This document shows, in pieces, positions 13,668 through 29,863 of a DNA stretch of 64,000 bases; within the stretch, counting starts at the first letter, position 1, and the number at the start of each line of letters is the position of its first letter. The translations under genes were made by a program, and so were the position numbers. The notes beneath the pieces are model-generated. The model did not search any database, was not told the DNA's origin, and saw only the letters and a program-made list of their open reading frames with translations. Source of the stretch: Octopus vulgaris. Taxonomy: Eukaryota. The stretch lies in the NCBI GenBank assembly GCA_951406725.2, contig OX597818.1:75454001-75518000 (forward strand), given 5' to 3'.

Positions 13668-14172
13668 GAGGAGAGGGAAGAGGAGGAGAAGAAGAAGAAG
13701 AAGAAGAAGAAGAAGAAGAAGAAGAAGAAGAAGGAAGGAGGAGAAGAAGAAGAAGAAGAAGAAGAAGAAGAAGAAGAAGAAGGGGGGGAGGAGGTTGTGG
13801 TGGTGGGGGAGGGGGATAGTATGGTGAAGAGGAGGAGGAGGAGGAGGTTGTGGTGGTGGTGGAGGGGGAGGAGAGGAGGAGGAGGAGGAGGAGGAGGAGG
13901 TGGTGGTGGTGGTGGGGAGGAGAGTATGATGAAGAGGAGGGGAGGAGGAGAGTATGATGAAGAGGAGGACGAGGAGGAGGAGGGTAGTGGTAGTGGTCGT
14001 CGTAGTCATCGTCGTTATAATGACGATGGTAATTATGGTGATGAGGATGAGTGGCATAAGTATCATCATTATCATAATCATCATCATTATCATTCTCATC
14101 ATCATTGACATTATCGTCGTCGTTGTCGTCATCATCATCATTATCATCATTATTATCATCGTCATCGCCATT
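13668..14172 (+). repeat. Compound (GAA)n/(GGA)n/(GGT)n/(CAT)n microsatellite
   Basis: Direct inspection. It explains the poly-K/E/G/H ORFs. Confidence 0.95.
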
Positions 14173-14483
14173 ATCTACATTACTTTGTCTCCTACGATTT
14201 ATATATGCGTCTTTTACATGTTCGGGAATTTCTAAAAACCAATGGAATTGCTTTCCAAATATTTTTCTTTTTTCTTTTTTTTTCTTTCTTTCTTTTTGTC
14301 GTATTCGTACGTTCTCCTGTAGCATGGAGAGGGCTTGGTGTAGGTGAGAAAAATCTTCACCTTTCTAAAACAAAGGTCAAATGACTGAAACAAGTAAAAG
14401 AATAAACATTGTATCCACTAAGGTAGCGATAGGATAAGGCCACCCCATTAAAGTACTTACAACATTTGATTGAAGGTAAACAT

Positions 14484-14885
14484 AGGCGTAGGAGTGGCTG
14501 TGTGGCAAGTAGCTTGCTTACCAACCACATGGTTCCGGGTTCAGTCCCACGGCGTGGCACCTTGGGCAAGTGTCGTGTCTTCTACTATAGCCTCGGGCTG
14601 ACCAAAGCCTTGTGAGTGGATTTGATAGGCAGAAACTGAAAGAAGCCCATCGTATGTGTGTGTGTGTGTGCGTGTATATTTGTGTGCCTGTATTTGCCCC
14701 CCAACATCGCTTGACAACCGATACTGGTGTGTTTACGTCCCCGTAACTTGGCGGTTCGGCAAAAGAGACCGATAGAATAAGTACTAGCCTTACAAAGAAT
14801 AAGTCATGGGGGTCGATTTGCTCGACTAAAGGCGGTGCTCCAGCATGGCCACAGTTAAATTACTGAAACAAGTAAAAGAGTAAAG
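14484..14885 (+). mobile_element. tRNA-derived SINE, family A (AGGCGCAGGAGTGGCTGTGTGG head, internal GT microsatellite, GACTGAAACAAGTAAAAGAG tail)
   Basis: A-box-like TGGCTGTGTGG and B-box-like GGTTCAGTCCC. Multiple homologous copies in the window. Confidence 0.9.
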
Positions 14886-15533
14886 AGAGAGAAGTAAAAT
14901 TGCATTTTTGCAAAAGCAAATATTTTTAGGAATAGCTTTGCTAGTGTGGCAAGTCAGGAAGAATCGCTAGTCATCGGCTGATTTAAGAAAGGACGAAAAA
15001 TGTAGGAGAGAGATGTGCTACGGGGGACACTGAATTCATACATGAGAAACACATCCAGAAACGGGTGAAGACGAAAATTAACATACGCGTACCACGTCTT
15101 GCCAAAAATGTTGGGGATTTATATAACAACAAACAATTGAAAGAAAGCCGCTCTGATATGTCAAACAATCTCGTTTCACATATATACTAGTGTTGTAGAA
15201 CAAAAAAGGTAACTCATTTGAGACAGCTCAAGGGGCAAATGAATAGGCAAGGTATGTCACAAACAATTTGGTCGACGAATTTCATATTCTTGATCTCAAT
15301 CTGCTACTCTTCATCAATTTTACTTATATTTCTATGCAAACAAAACCATCCCATTTTCTTTCAACGCTATTCACTTGCACATCCTTTCTTCACTTCCTCA
15401 CTGCTTTACTTTAAGCAGCCTTTTCTTCGTTTTCCCACTCTTCTCTCTCTCTCTCTCTCTATCTCTTTTTCTCTCTCTCTCTATCTCTCTCTCTCTCTCT
15501 CTCACTCACTCACTCACTCAATATCTGTATATA

Positions 15534-16813
15534 CGAGGGATGTTCAATAAGTAATGCCTCTGACCCACTTGCAGTTATTTGATCTAGCTGAAATTTTGCA
15601 TGTGCAATTATTCATATCTCTATAGATTAAGTGGCAAATCACAGCTCTGAACTAATTGTAGTTTCTGATTTACAGGTTTTTGAACTGAGTCAAGTGTGAA
15701 ATAGAGCCTGTTGAGTGTCGAGCAGTGATCCGGTTTTTGTATTTGAAAGGACGCACACCACGGGAGACTTTTGATGAAATGAAAGTAACTTATGGTGATG
15801 ATGCCCCATCATATGACCTTGTAAAACGCTGGCATCGTGAATTCAAACATGGTCGGAACTCTGTGGAAACAACTCCCAGATCTGGTCGCCCCCTTCTGCT
15901 ATTGATGAGGCATCTGTCCGTCAAGTTGAGGCTGCCATTTTGGAAGATCGACGCATAACTATTCGCCAAATAGTCCATGAGATCAAGATTAGTACCGGGT
16001 CTGTGGAAACTATCATTCATGACCATTTGCATATGCAAAAGGTGTCTGCTAGATGGATTCCCAGGTTGCTCACACCTTTCCAGAAGCAAGAACGCGTCGA
16101 GTGCTCGAGGATGAATTTGGAGATGTGCCAAGTAGATGAGTCAAAATTTTTCAAAAGACTGATTACACAGGATGAAACCTGGGTCCATCCCTATGATCCA
16201 GAGACCAAAGCCCAGTCAATGCAGTGGAAGCACCATGACTCACCTCCTCTAAAGAAGGCAAAGGTGCAGCTCTCCGCTGGCAAGGTCATGCTCACAGTCT
16301 TCTGGGACCAGGACGGAGTAGTGATGACAGATTTCCTGGAAAAGGGTACCACAATTACAGGAGCCTATTATGCTTCACTTTTGCAGAAATTAAGAGAAGC
16401 TATCAAAATCAAGAGGCGGGGCAAGATCAGCAAAGGCATCGACAACGCTCCGGTCCACAACTCGCGTGTCGCCAGATCAGAAGCACAGGCGTGCGGCTAT
16501 GAACCCCTCTCCCATCCCCCCTACTCTCCTGACCTTGCACCCTCTGATTTTCTCCTCTTTCTAGCCATGAAGTTGTTTTTGAAAGGAAAGCATTTCCCAG
16601 ATGATGCAGCCTTGATTTCTGAAGTCACGTCGTGGTTGGAGGACCAAGCTGGGGTCTTCTACAAAAACGGTCTCCAGAGCTGCATCAAATGATGGGAGAA
16701 ATGCGTACCTCTTGGTGGTTCCTATGTAGAAAAAGACTAATAACTGTGCCAAGTTTCGTTGCTCTACTGCTATGGGAAGTAGGTCAGGGGCATTACTTAT
16801 TGAACGCCCCTCG
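15534..16813 (+). mobile_element. Full-length mariner transposon (1280 bp), irritans-like
   Basis: TA target-site duplications. 32-bp TIRs CGAGGGATGTTCAATAAGTAATGCCTCTGACC versus reverse-complemented CGAGGGGCGTTCAATAAGTAATGCCCCTGACC (3 mismatches). Confidence 0.97.
15701..16740 (+). pseudogene. Mariner D,D34D transposase, inactivated
   Basis: Motifs WIPRLL, ITQDETWV, DNAPVH...YSPDLAPSD (34-residue spacing). Start ATG appears as ATA, frameshift near 15893, short in-frame deletion before DNA, premature TGA at 16690 before WEKCV..GSYVEKD*. Confidence 0.95.
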
Positions 16814-16974
16814 TATCATATTTTCCTAATTTAGAAGCGCTAACCACATATATATTGAAGTCTTTCCATCAATTTCTTTATATTTTGAAATGCTTTCACT
16901 GAGGTAGATTTACCTAATGGGTGTTATATATTAAATAAACCTAAAATGTACGTATTAAATGATTTCAAAATATT

Positions 16975-17160
16975 GGTTGCAAATTTTGGTACAAGGCCAG
17001 CAATTTCATGACAGAGATAGCTTGATTACAGTATTCAACTCGTGCTTATTCTATCGACCCCGAAAAACTGAAAAGCAAAATCGAAATTGGCGGAATTTGA
17101 ACTTAGGACATAAAGATGGATGAAATGCTGCTAAACATTTTTCCGGAATGCTAACGATTC
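16975..17160 (-). mobile_element. SINE family B (GGCCTTGTGCCAAAATTTGAAACC-tail subfamily), diverged
   Basis: AAATTTTGGTACAAGGCCAGCAATTT...TCGACCCCGAAA...GGCGGAATTTGAACT...GCTAACGATTC. Confidence 0.75.
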
Positions 17161-17454
17161 ATTACCACCACCACAACCACCACCACATCCTCCTCCACTA
17201 CCACCAGTACAACCCATATAATAACCACTACCACCACAATCATCACAACCACTACCGCAACCGGCATCACTAAGACCACGCCCACAATCACCAACACAAC
17301 GACTGCCCCATCTTCACCACCACCACTACAACAACCACCACAACTCCTACCACAATCACAACCACGACCACCGCCACCATTGTAAATATGGAGATATTAA
17401 AGTGAAATTACTGTAAATATTGATAAAATCAATTAGGGTCTACTGGAGTAGAAC

Positions 17455-20345
<2,891 letters not shown>

Positions 20346-20346
20346 G

Positions 20347-20405
<59 letters not shown>

Positions 20406-20466
20406 ATTACGTTTACATATATGTATATACATATATATGCATATGTATGCTTGTGTATGTCAGTCA

Positions 20467-20866
<400 letters not shown>

Positions 20867-20911
20867 TATGGAGCAGTTACTGTCTATATCTCGTTTAGAG
20901 AATTATTATTG

Positions 20912-20964
<53 letters not shown>

Positions 20965-20998
20965 TTACGGAGATGTACTCGCATAGCAAGTATAAACA

Positions 20999-21384
20999 TT
21001 CTTTTACTCTTTTACTTGTTTCAGTCATTTGACTGTGGCCATGCTGGAGCACCGCCTTTAGTCGAACAAATCGACCCCAGGACTTATTCTTTGTAAGCCT
21101 TGTACTTATTCTATCGGTCTCTTTTGCCGAACCGCTAGATTATGGAGACGTAAGCACACCAGCATCGGTTGGGGGACAAACATAGACATACAGACATATA
21201 CACATACACACATATACGTATATACAACGGGCGTCTTTCAGTTTCCCTCTACCAAATCCACTCACAAGGCTTTGGTCAGCCTGAAGCTATAGTGGAAGAC
21301 TCTTGCCCAAGGTGCCACGCAATGGGACTGAATCCGGAACCATGTGGTTCGTAAGCTACTTACCACACAGCCACTCCTACGCCT
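20999..21384 (-). mobile_element. SINE family A
   Basis: Reverse complement of the family A sequence, full length. Confidence 0.9.
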
Positions 21385-21506
21385 ATATATGTATAAATAT
21401 TTATATATATATATATATATATATAAATATTTATACATATATATATATATATATATACATATATACACATATATATGCGTATATTTACGTATGTATGTGC
21501 GTGTGG

Positions 21507-21553
<47 letters not shown>

Positions 21554-21689
21554 AATGTATGTATGTATGTATGTATGTATGTACAGCTTGCGAAGTGCAT
21601 CGCCATTACTTTGATACGTTCTATTCACAGTACTGAAAAAAGTGTCGAACGTGAGAGAGCGGGGAAGAGAGAGAGAAAGACATATAAAC

Positions 21690-22088
21690 ATACACATACA
21701 TACATACATACATACATACATACATACATACATACATACATACATACATACATACATACATACGTACGTCCATTCGTACGTACATACATACATATATACA
21801 TACATACATACACATACACACATACATACATACATACACACACACAGACACACAGAGACACACACATACACACATACATACATACATACATACATACATA
21901 CATACATACATACATACATACATACATACATACATACATACATACATACATACATACATACATACATACATACATACATACATACATACATACATACATA
22001 CATACATACATACATACATACATACATACATACATACATACATACATACATACATACATACATACATACACATACATATATACATACA
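21690..22088 (+). repeat. (CATA)n microsatellite
   Basis: Direct inspection. Similar tract at 40321-40515, which grades into (TACT)n. Confidence 0.95.
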
Positions 22089-22371
22089 TGAAAAGAATTC
22101 GTTATAAGAACCATGGTATATTCACAAATCAACAACTGAGATACATATTAAAGAAAGGATTTATATAAGTATTTCCATTTATCTTTAGTTTTCAGCTTTT
22201 CCTGACGACACTGGTCGACGTTCGGCCGTAACTGGAATCCTGAGCAAGAGATAAGTCAAAATCCTTCTATAAATGTTTTATATTTTTCGCCTGTTAATTT
22301 GTGAATTTAGCATACTTTGTATAAAGATTTATAAATGTATACATACATACATATTTACATATATACGTATG

Positions 22372-22414
<43 letters not shown>

Positions 22415-22575
22415 GCATGCATGTGTGTACACGTATGTATATTTGTGTAAATGCCAGTAAGTATGTAAGCACAAACATAAATGCACATACAAACAAGTAT
22501 ACATTGTATATACGTATATTTGTTGTATAATATATATATATATTTATGTATGTGTATGTATGTATACATATACAT

Positions 22576-22624
<49 letters not shown>

Positions 22625-22681
22625 ATATAAAGATATATATATATATATGCATGTATGTATATATGTGTGTGTGTGTGTGTA

Positions 22682-23400
22682 TTAATTTTTTCACGAAAAC
22701 GTTGATACAGGGATTTCGTAGTTTCGGCTTACTAATCGTCATCAGTCTGTAGTTTATTTAGGTCTGTCTAACTCTATAGGTAGGAATTTTCCTTGATTGG
22801 TGGAGTATTGTGAATGCGAACAGGTGACGTTTAAGTACACAGGAGAAGTGGTCGTATACGAAGTGACGAATGGAGACGAATAAGAAACAAATGCGTGTTT
22901 GTTGAGTTAAACGGATGACGGAGGCAATTATTCTCGTTTGATAGGGGAATATATTTTTATTTGGAGTGTTATATTCAGGTCACAATATGTATTGATTGAA
23001 ATAATAATTATTTTATGGTATTTTGCAGTGCAGTACACAAAAAATGTTATTCAATGGGACAGAATTGATCAGGGGACATAACGTCTGTTATAAGAGGAAA
23101 TTTCTTATTAAGATATTGGTGGCTTGTATTCGTGGATTAGCTGTTTGTCCAATGCCTGTTTGTTTATGCAGAGTGTGTGTATGTGCTTGTGTAGTTAGTG
23201 TACATACTCCGTACAATTATCATTCTTGCATACTCTGTACTATTATCTTTCTTGGTTTAGGCTTATGTATGTATGAGTGTGCGTAGAATTAATTTTACGT
23301 ACCTGGTTAATATTTTAATAAGAAATTTTCACTTAAATATATGGGAAGTCATGCCCTCTAATCAATTCTGTCCCTTTGAATGACATACGTTCAAGCTGAC
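22682..23400 (-). mobile_element. Decayed Penelope-like 3' region with a hammerhead-like motif in its pseudo-LTR
   Basis: Minus strand 22706-22751 UACAGA-CUGAUGA-CGAUUAGUAAGCC-GAA-ACUACGAAAU-C^-CCUGUA (stem I UACAG/CUGUA). Upstream fragments (VKISY, ISSYN, CPI) weakly resemble the PLE linker and GIY-YIG region. Confidence 0.5.
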
Positions 23401-23520
23401 GACGCCATCTTATTTGTGACTGATAAGAGATCCATAAGAAACGTAGGCATTTAATCATTGTCTACAAATATGGATTTCGAAGACTAAGGTATCCCTAATT
23501 GCGCCAGTAGGTTATATTAC

Positions 23521-23709
23521 GAAGAAGAAGAAGTAGAAGAAGAAGAAGAAGAAGAAGAAGAAGAAGAAGAAGAAGAAGAAGAAGAAGAAGAAGAAGAAGA
23601 AGAAGAAGAAGAAGAAGAAGAAGAAGAAGAAGAAGAAGAAGAAGAAGAAGAAGAAGAAGAAGAAGAAGAAGAAGAAGAAGAAGAAGAAGAAGAAGAAGAA
23701 GAAGAAGAA
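23521..23709 (+). repeat. (GAA)n microsatellite
   Basis: About 60 tandem GAA units. Confidence 0.97.
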
Positions 23710-23710
23710 T

Positions 23711-23925
23711 GGAAAGTGCCTGCTGTCCACAGCCAGCAGACTAATGTGACGGCTGTTTACTGGTCTGTTTCAAGAACCCTGCGAAGAACTCTTGCAGTTC
23801 CAATCAATGCAGATTTTTGTAGGTGTTCTACCTTCATACCGGCACCAATCTTTTTCAGCCGTGTTGGTAATTGAGTGCTGATACTTCTAAGTGCACCAAT
23901 TACTATTGGTATCATGTCTACTCTC

Positions 23926-23929
<4 letters not shown>
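23711..23929 (-). mobile_element. R4/Dong-like non-LTR retrotransposon, 3' fragment (restriction-like endonuclease C-terminus)
   Basis: VDMIPIVIGALRSI...LKKIGAGMKVEHLQKSALIGTARVLRRVL. Bounded by (ATT)n and (GAA)n tracts. Confidence 0.8.
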
Positions 23930-24014
<85 letters not shown>

Positions 24015-24594
24015 CATTATTATTTTTATTATTAACTTTTGTATATACTCTGAAATAAACAAACTTCCGACGCGAACACTTTATGTTAAAGACAGCAAGG
24101 TAGCCATGACTTGTTTAGTCCATCTGCTAGAAATAGCAACCAACTATTCCTCAATTTCCGAATTTGTTGATCTAAAATAAAAGTACAAGAACATTGTATA
24201 TTGTAGTAATTGATAGCAATACATATACTTAGATTTACTTACGCTATGTCTGAGGAGAAGACAAGTTGGTCATGATTTAAATGTTTTTGGTCATACATGT
24301 GCTAGAACAGGATTGACCTAGGGTTAAACAACAATAATGACAGCAATATATCAGCATACATCAAATGAAATGCAATTTATTGTTAGCTGACCTAACATTG
24401 AACTCTGTTCAATCAATAAATTTAATTTCAGTTCTTAGTATTTATAGAAACTGAAAATAATAAAAACAGATTTCATTAAATTATTTGATTTCAAACACCA
24501 CACATTGGTGAGGTGGTATATTACATCAACCCCAACAAATTACTAATTTTGTTGGCCCTGTATTAGGAAAACGAAAAGTGTTAGATTACTATGA

Positions 24595-25400
24595 GGCAAG
24601 GGGTAGATTGATGAAAGATGGGGAGTAGATGAAAGATGAAGACATAGAGTAATGAAAGATAAGAAGTAAGCTGATGATAGGTGAGTGGGTAGATTGAAAT
24701 GTGAAGAATAGCTTGGTGAAAGGTAAAGGGGTTGACTAATGGAAAGTAAGGAGTAGATTAATAAAAGGTGAGAGTTGACTGATGAAAAGAGAGGGGTGGA
24801 TTAATGGAAGGCAAAGAGTAGATTGATGCCAAGCAAAGGGTAGAATAATGAAAGATGAGGGGCAGATTGATAAAAGAATAAGGGGTACATTGATGGAAAG
24901 TAAGGCGTAGATTAATAAAAAAGCGAGGTGGTTGATCGATGAAAGATGAGAGATAACTTAATGGAAGGTAAAGGGGTGAACTGATGTAAGATGAGGAATA
25001 CATTGATGAAAGGTAAAGAGGTAGATTGACGAAAAATAAAAAGGTAAGGTGATAAGATATAAAAGGTTAAATTGATGACAGATGAGAGATCGATTGATGT
25101 AAGATAGAGGGCTAGATTAATGAAAGATAAAAGGTGTTGATTGACAGAATGTAAGGGAAGATTGAGGAAATATGATGCGGTTAGATTGTAAATCGTTTCA
25201 TTGATGAAACGTAGGGGTAGATTAATGGAAGGTATGATTAATGGAAAGCTAAGGGTATATTCCATTATATCAACTCTACTTCTTGACTGCTGTTTCTTTG
25301 ACAGACATGGGCTAAATTAATAACAGGTATGGAGAATATTAATGAAAATATAAGAGTATATTCCATTGTATCAACCCCACTTCTTGACCAGTACTTACTT
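24595..25400 (+). repeat. Degenerate ~20-bp minisatellite (consensus ~GGGTAGATTGATGAAAGATG)
   Basis: About 30 diverged units with recurring TAGATT(G/A)AT(G)AAAG(A/G)T. Confidence 0.8.
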
Positions 25401-25582
25401 CCTTGACTCTGGTTTGACAAAAAGCAAAACCAATACCAGCATGATTTGAATTTGGAGCATAAAGTTCATGTGACTAAATACTGCAAGACATATTATAGAA
25501 TTTCTCTACAAATTCTGTCACCCATCATTCCAAAAATTACCTGACCCAGCACATGAAGTGTCACCACTGTCATCTACTTGGT

Positions 25583-25795
25583 CAAATTTTGGCGCAAGGC
25601 CAGTAGGTTTAGGGAAGGCATTAAGTCGATTACATCGATCCCCCAGTGTTCAACTGGTACTTATTTAATCGACCACCGAAAGGGTTGAAAAACAAAGTCG
25701 GCCTCTGCTGAATTTGAACTCAGAACGTAAAGACAGATGAAATGTCGCTAAGCATTTTGCCTGGCGTGCTAACGATTCTACCAGCTCACCGCCTT
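25583..25795 (-). mobile_element. SINE family B
   Basis: Full-length copy. Flanks TACTTGGTCAAAT and TACCTGGTTAAAT resemble a TSD. Confidence 0.85.
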
Positions 25796-26211
25796 TACCT
25801 GGTTAAATGTTATTTAACATATAATAAAGAAGAGATTTCACAAATTTAGTCAAAGTCAAATCAAAATTCACACAAGATATGAAGTGTATATGAGCTAGCA
25901 CTCAAAATAAACTCTCAAAATTTGACATCTGCTTCAAGTAGGAAGATATTAATGAGAGGTCTGGGTTCTGCTGGGGTCATTTAGTCAACAACAGTTTCGG
26001 TGACCAACCACCACTGTTCCGGAGTTTCTAGGTTTCTTTTTATTTTGCTTTTTGTTTTCTTTTTTTTTTCTTTTTTTACTATCTGCAATACTTTAGACTT
26101 ATTGCTATTAAAGATAGTGCAAACCGGAGATGAAAAAACTTGCCTCAATGAGGGTTACATGAACATTTGTATGGTGGGCCGTATACTAAAAGAACTAAAA
26201 TGACTAAATAA

Positions 26212-26900
26212 TGGGTTTTGATTTAGGTACATGGTTAGTAATTTTAAAAGAGAAAACTGGTTGATATCATCGGCCACAGTGCTTAACTAATACTTTATTT
26301 TATTGACCCTTGAGAGATAAAAGGAAAGGTTCACCTTAATATAATTTGAACTCAGAACGTAAAGAGCCGGAACAAATACTCCGACGCATTACTCCGACGC
26401 TCTAACGATTCTACTAATCCAACGCCTAAAACATTGACTAAACAATGATTTCTGATTTACATGAAAATCAGCAATTTTAATTAAGGCAGGTTGGGGGTAT
26501 TAATCGATACCATCGACTCCAATAATTGATTGGTATTTTAATTTATCAACGCCCAAAAGGATGAAAGGCCAAATTGGTTTCGGTGGAATTTGTATTCATA
26601 GCGTAAAGAGCCAGCACAAATCCTGGTTTTAAATTTATGGCACGCCAGCAAGTTCAGTAGATGGGGTAAGTCTATTACATCAACCCCAGGGTTCAACTGG
26701 TACTTATTTTATCGATTTCGAAAGGATGAAATGCAAAGTCGACCTTGGCGACATTTGAACTCAGAACGTAAAGACGGACGAAATGCCGCTAAGCATTTTT
26801 CCCGATGTGCTAACGATTCTGCCAGCTCACCGCCTTGTCCAGAACAAATATTGCAAAGCATTTTGTCCGATGTTCGATGGGATTTTGTCAATCCACTACC
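26212..26900 (-). mobile_element. Cluster of three family B SINEs, one nested in another
   Basis: Copies at ~26212-26430 (TSD-like TGACTAAA(T/C)AATG) and ~26445-26900. The latter is interrupted by a younger copy at ~26625-26836 with flanks CCAGCACAAATCCTG and CCAGAACAAATATTG. Confidence 0.75.
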
Positions 26901-27099
26901 CTAAATAATTACTAATAGAACACAATCATTTTGTTGTTGTTTTATTATTATTATTATTGGTTAAGGCCAAACGACTGACAAGCAAATATGTGGTATTGAG
27001 CAGAATATTTGCTGTAGCCCATCTTTTATACCAAGACAAAACACTTCCAGTCAGTAAAGATCAGAAGTCATGATAACCTGTGCCTTTATTATTAATATG

Positions 27100-28185
27100 T
27101 TTATTATTCAGTAGTCTTATTTTTATAACGTGCTTTCACTGCACTACCGAGCGCAGCTCTGTGTGCCTTGGGTATGTGCTGTGGTTTGCTGTGATGCTCT
27201 TATACTTACTGTTTTGAAAGTGTTTTACGTAGGATGTGTGCAGTGCCTAGTAGTGCTATTTTCTGTGTGTTATTATATTTGTTAGTCCTGGTGTTTTTGT
27301 TATGTATTTGTCTGAATATTTTTATCAGACCTAATGCACCCACTATGATAGGAGTTGTTTCTGTTTTTAGACTCTACATTCGAGTCACCTCTATTTCCAT
27401 GTCTTTGTATTTGGATGGCTAGAATGCTGATACCTATTATCTTGTTTTTCACATTGAGCTCTGTTTTCAGTATTAATCTAACTCGTCTATAGTATTCTTT
27501 TTTTATTTTCTCTTTCATTTGTGTGTGTTGTATCATATCTAGTTCACTGATTCCTAAATATTTATTTGTCTGGCTTTGGTCTAATTCTCTTATTCCATTT
27601 GCTTTATCTAGTGTGATGTTACTACTCTTAACTAGTTTTCCTCTTTTCAAGGTTGCTTTGGCACATTTTTCTAAGCTAAATTTCATATTTATTTCTTTGG
27701 TAAATCTATGTACTGTCTGCAGTAATGTTTCCAGCTGTTTATCATTTGTAGCGTACAGTTTTAAGTCATCCATATATAAGAGGTGGTTGATTGTTTTGCC
27801 TTAACATTTGTATCCGCATCCAGTTCTGTTTAGCATGTCAGATAAAGGTGTCAGTGACAAGCAGAAAAGGAGTGGAGAGAGCATGTTTCCCTGGAATATT
27901 CCTCTTCTAATGGGGATGGTTTTGGTTTTTATGAGTTCCTCTTTCGTTTGGAGCTGTAGCACTGTCTGCCATTTATTCACAGGGTGTCTGTTGATGGCTA
28001 GTGTTTCTAGGATCCATGTGTGTGGAATGATATCAAAAGCCTTTCGGTAGTCGATCCAGGCCATACTTAGGCCTTTCTTCTTTCTGCAGTTGTCTTCAGT
28101 TATGGCTTTATTGATCATTAGTTGTTCTTTACAGCTGTCTGAGCCCTTACAGCATCCCTTTTGCTCTTCTGGAAACATGTTGTTT
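27100..28185 (-). mobile_element. R4/Dong-like LINE: reverse transcriptase plus endonuclease 3' end, internally deleted pseudogene
   Basis: PEEQKGC..CKEQLMI..AWIDYRKAFD, RGIFQG..LSPLLFC, HLLYMDDLKLYA, then a jump to PIIVGALG and KIALLGTAHILRK. The 5' end abuts (TAA)/(TGA)n. Confidence 0.9.
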
Positions 28186-28192
28186 TTCTTAA

Positions 28193-28214
28193 TATTATTA
28201 TTATTATTATTATT

Positions 28215-28312
<98 letters not shown>

Positions 28313-28352
28313 CATCATTATTATCATCATTATTATCATTATCATCATCATT

Positions 28353-28385
<33 letters not shown>

Positions 28386-28642
28386 TTCATCATCATCATA
28401 ATTATCATTATCATTATTATTATTATCATTATTATTATTATCATTATTATTATTATTATTATTATCATTATTACTATTATTATTATTATCATTATTATTG
28501 TATTATTATTATTGTTATTGTTATTATTGTTATTGTTATTATTATTAGTATTATTATTATTATTACCATCATCATCGTCATCATCACCACCATCATCATC
28601 GTCATCATCACCACCATCATCATCATCATTGTTATTATCATG

Positions 28643-28707
<65 letters not shown>
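28193..28707 (+). repeat. (ATT)n/(ATC)n compound microsatellite
   Basis: Direct inspection. Confidence 0.95.
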
Positions 28708-28708
<1 letters not shown>

Positions 28709-28988
28709 CAGCTGGATTATTTGGTACCCAAAGATGAAATGAAAGACGTGACTGAATTTAATGTTATGTTACTTCATAAATCTTGTTCAACAGTTCTTAA
28801 CGAGGTTTATGCAGTTGTGTACAATCCTACGCATGTTTGCTGTAGTCAGGATACAATATGCATTTAGTTGTGCGCTAGATAAAAGGCCAGAAAGTTTCTG
28901 AACATGCTTTTCGATTTTGCTTTTAAAATGGCGAATTCTAACCGTAGTCTTGTGAAGCTCATTATTCTCTCAAAAATGTCTCCTAACT

Positions 28989-29174
28989 GCCGCAGGAGTG
29001 GTTAAGCAGCTCGCTTTACAACCACATAGTTTTGGGTTCAGTTCCACTGCGCGCCACCTTGAGCAAGTGTCTTTTGTTGTATCCTCGGGCCGACTAATGC
29101 CTTGTGAGTGAATTTTGTTGACGGAAACTATGTGGAAGCCTGCCATAGATACACACACACACACACACACACTC

Positions 29175-29229
<55 letters not shown>

Positions 29230-29433
29230 CATGTACACGCACACATGCATATGTCATTGTTTTTCGCCCACCACTATCGCCGCTTGACACCTGTAACTTA
29301 GCGGTTCGGCAAAAGAAACCGATGAGATAAGTACCAAACTTAAAATAATATGTACTGGGGTCAATTTGTTCGACCAAACCCTTCAAGGCGGTGTCCCACC
29401 ATGGCCGCAGTCCAATGACTGAAAAAAGTAAAA
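28989..29433 (+). mobile_element. SINE family A, older subfamily
   Basis: GTGGTTAAG..GGGTTCAGTTCCACTGCG..CACCTTG; tail CCTTCAAGGCGGTG..CATGGCCGCAGTCCAATGACTGAAA. Confidence 0.85.
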
Positions 29434-29761
29434 TATCAAAAATTCGCGAGAACGTTTACGGACCAAATGAAGCATGTGGAAATTTTTCCATCGCCGTAAA
29501 TGATGATTGTACATCTAAAGTTGGCCTCCACGTTGTTGAACGTTTATTAGAATTTGAATCCAGTCAGAAAAATGGTTCTTAATAAAGAAGTAGCAGTTTT
29601 TAGCAAGTTGTTGTCTATAGTATTCTGTTTATATTGCCTTCCTTAGATTTTAGGATAGCTATCTGCTGTACCCTGCACCCTTACTGGGGCAGCTATGTTG
29701 CCCCTGAGAGCCTACTTTGATTATATGAAGTCAGTAGTTGAATATTGTGCGTGTATATTTA

Positions 29762-29863
<102 letters not shown>

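Noticed and set aside
13596-14108. 170-aa K/E/G/H-rich ORF as a host protein
   Set aside because: It starts inside a Helentron end and is entirely compound microsatellite.
15940-16692. Intact CDS or domesticated SETMAR-like gene
   Set aside because: Enclosed by TIRs and TA TSDs, with a frameshift, lost ATG and premature stop. No SET domain.
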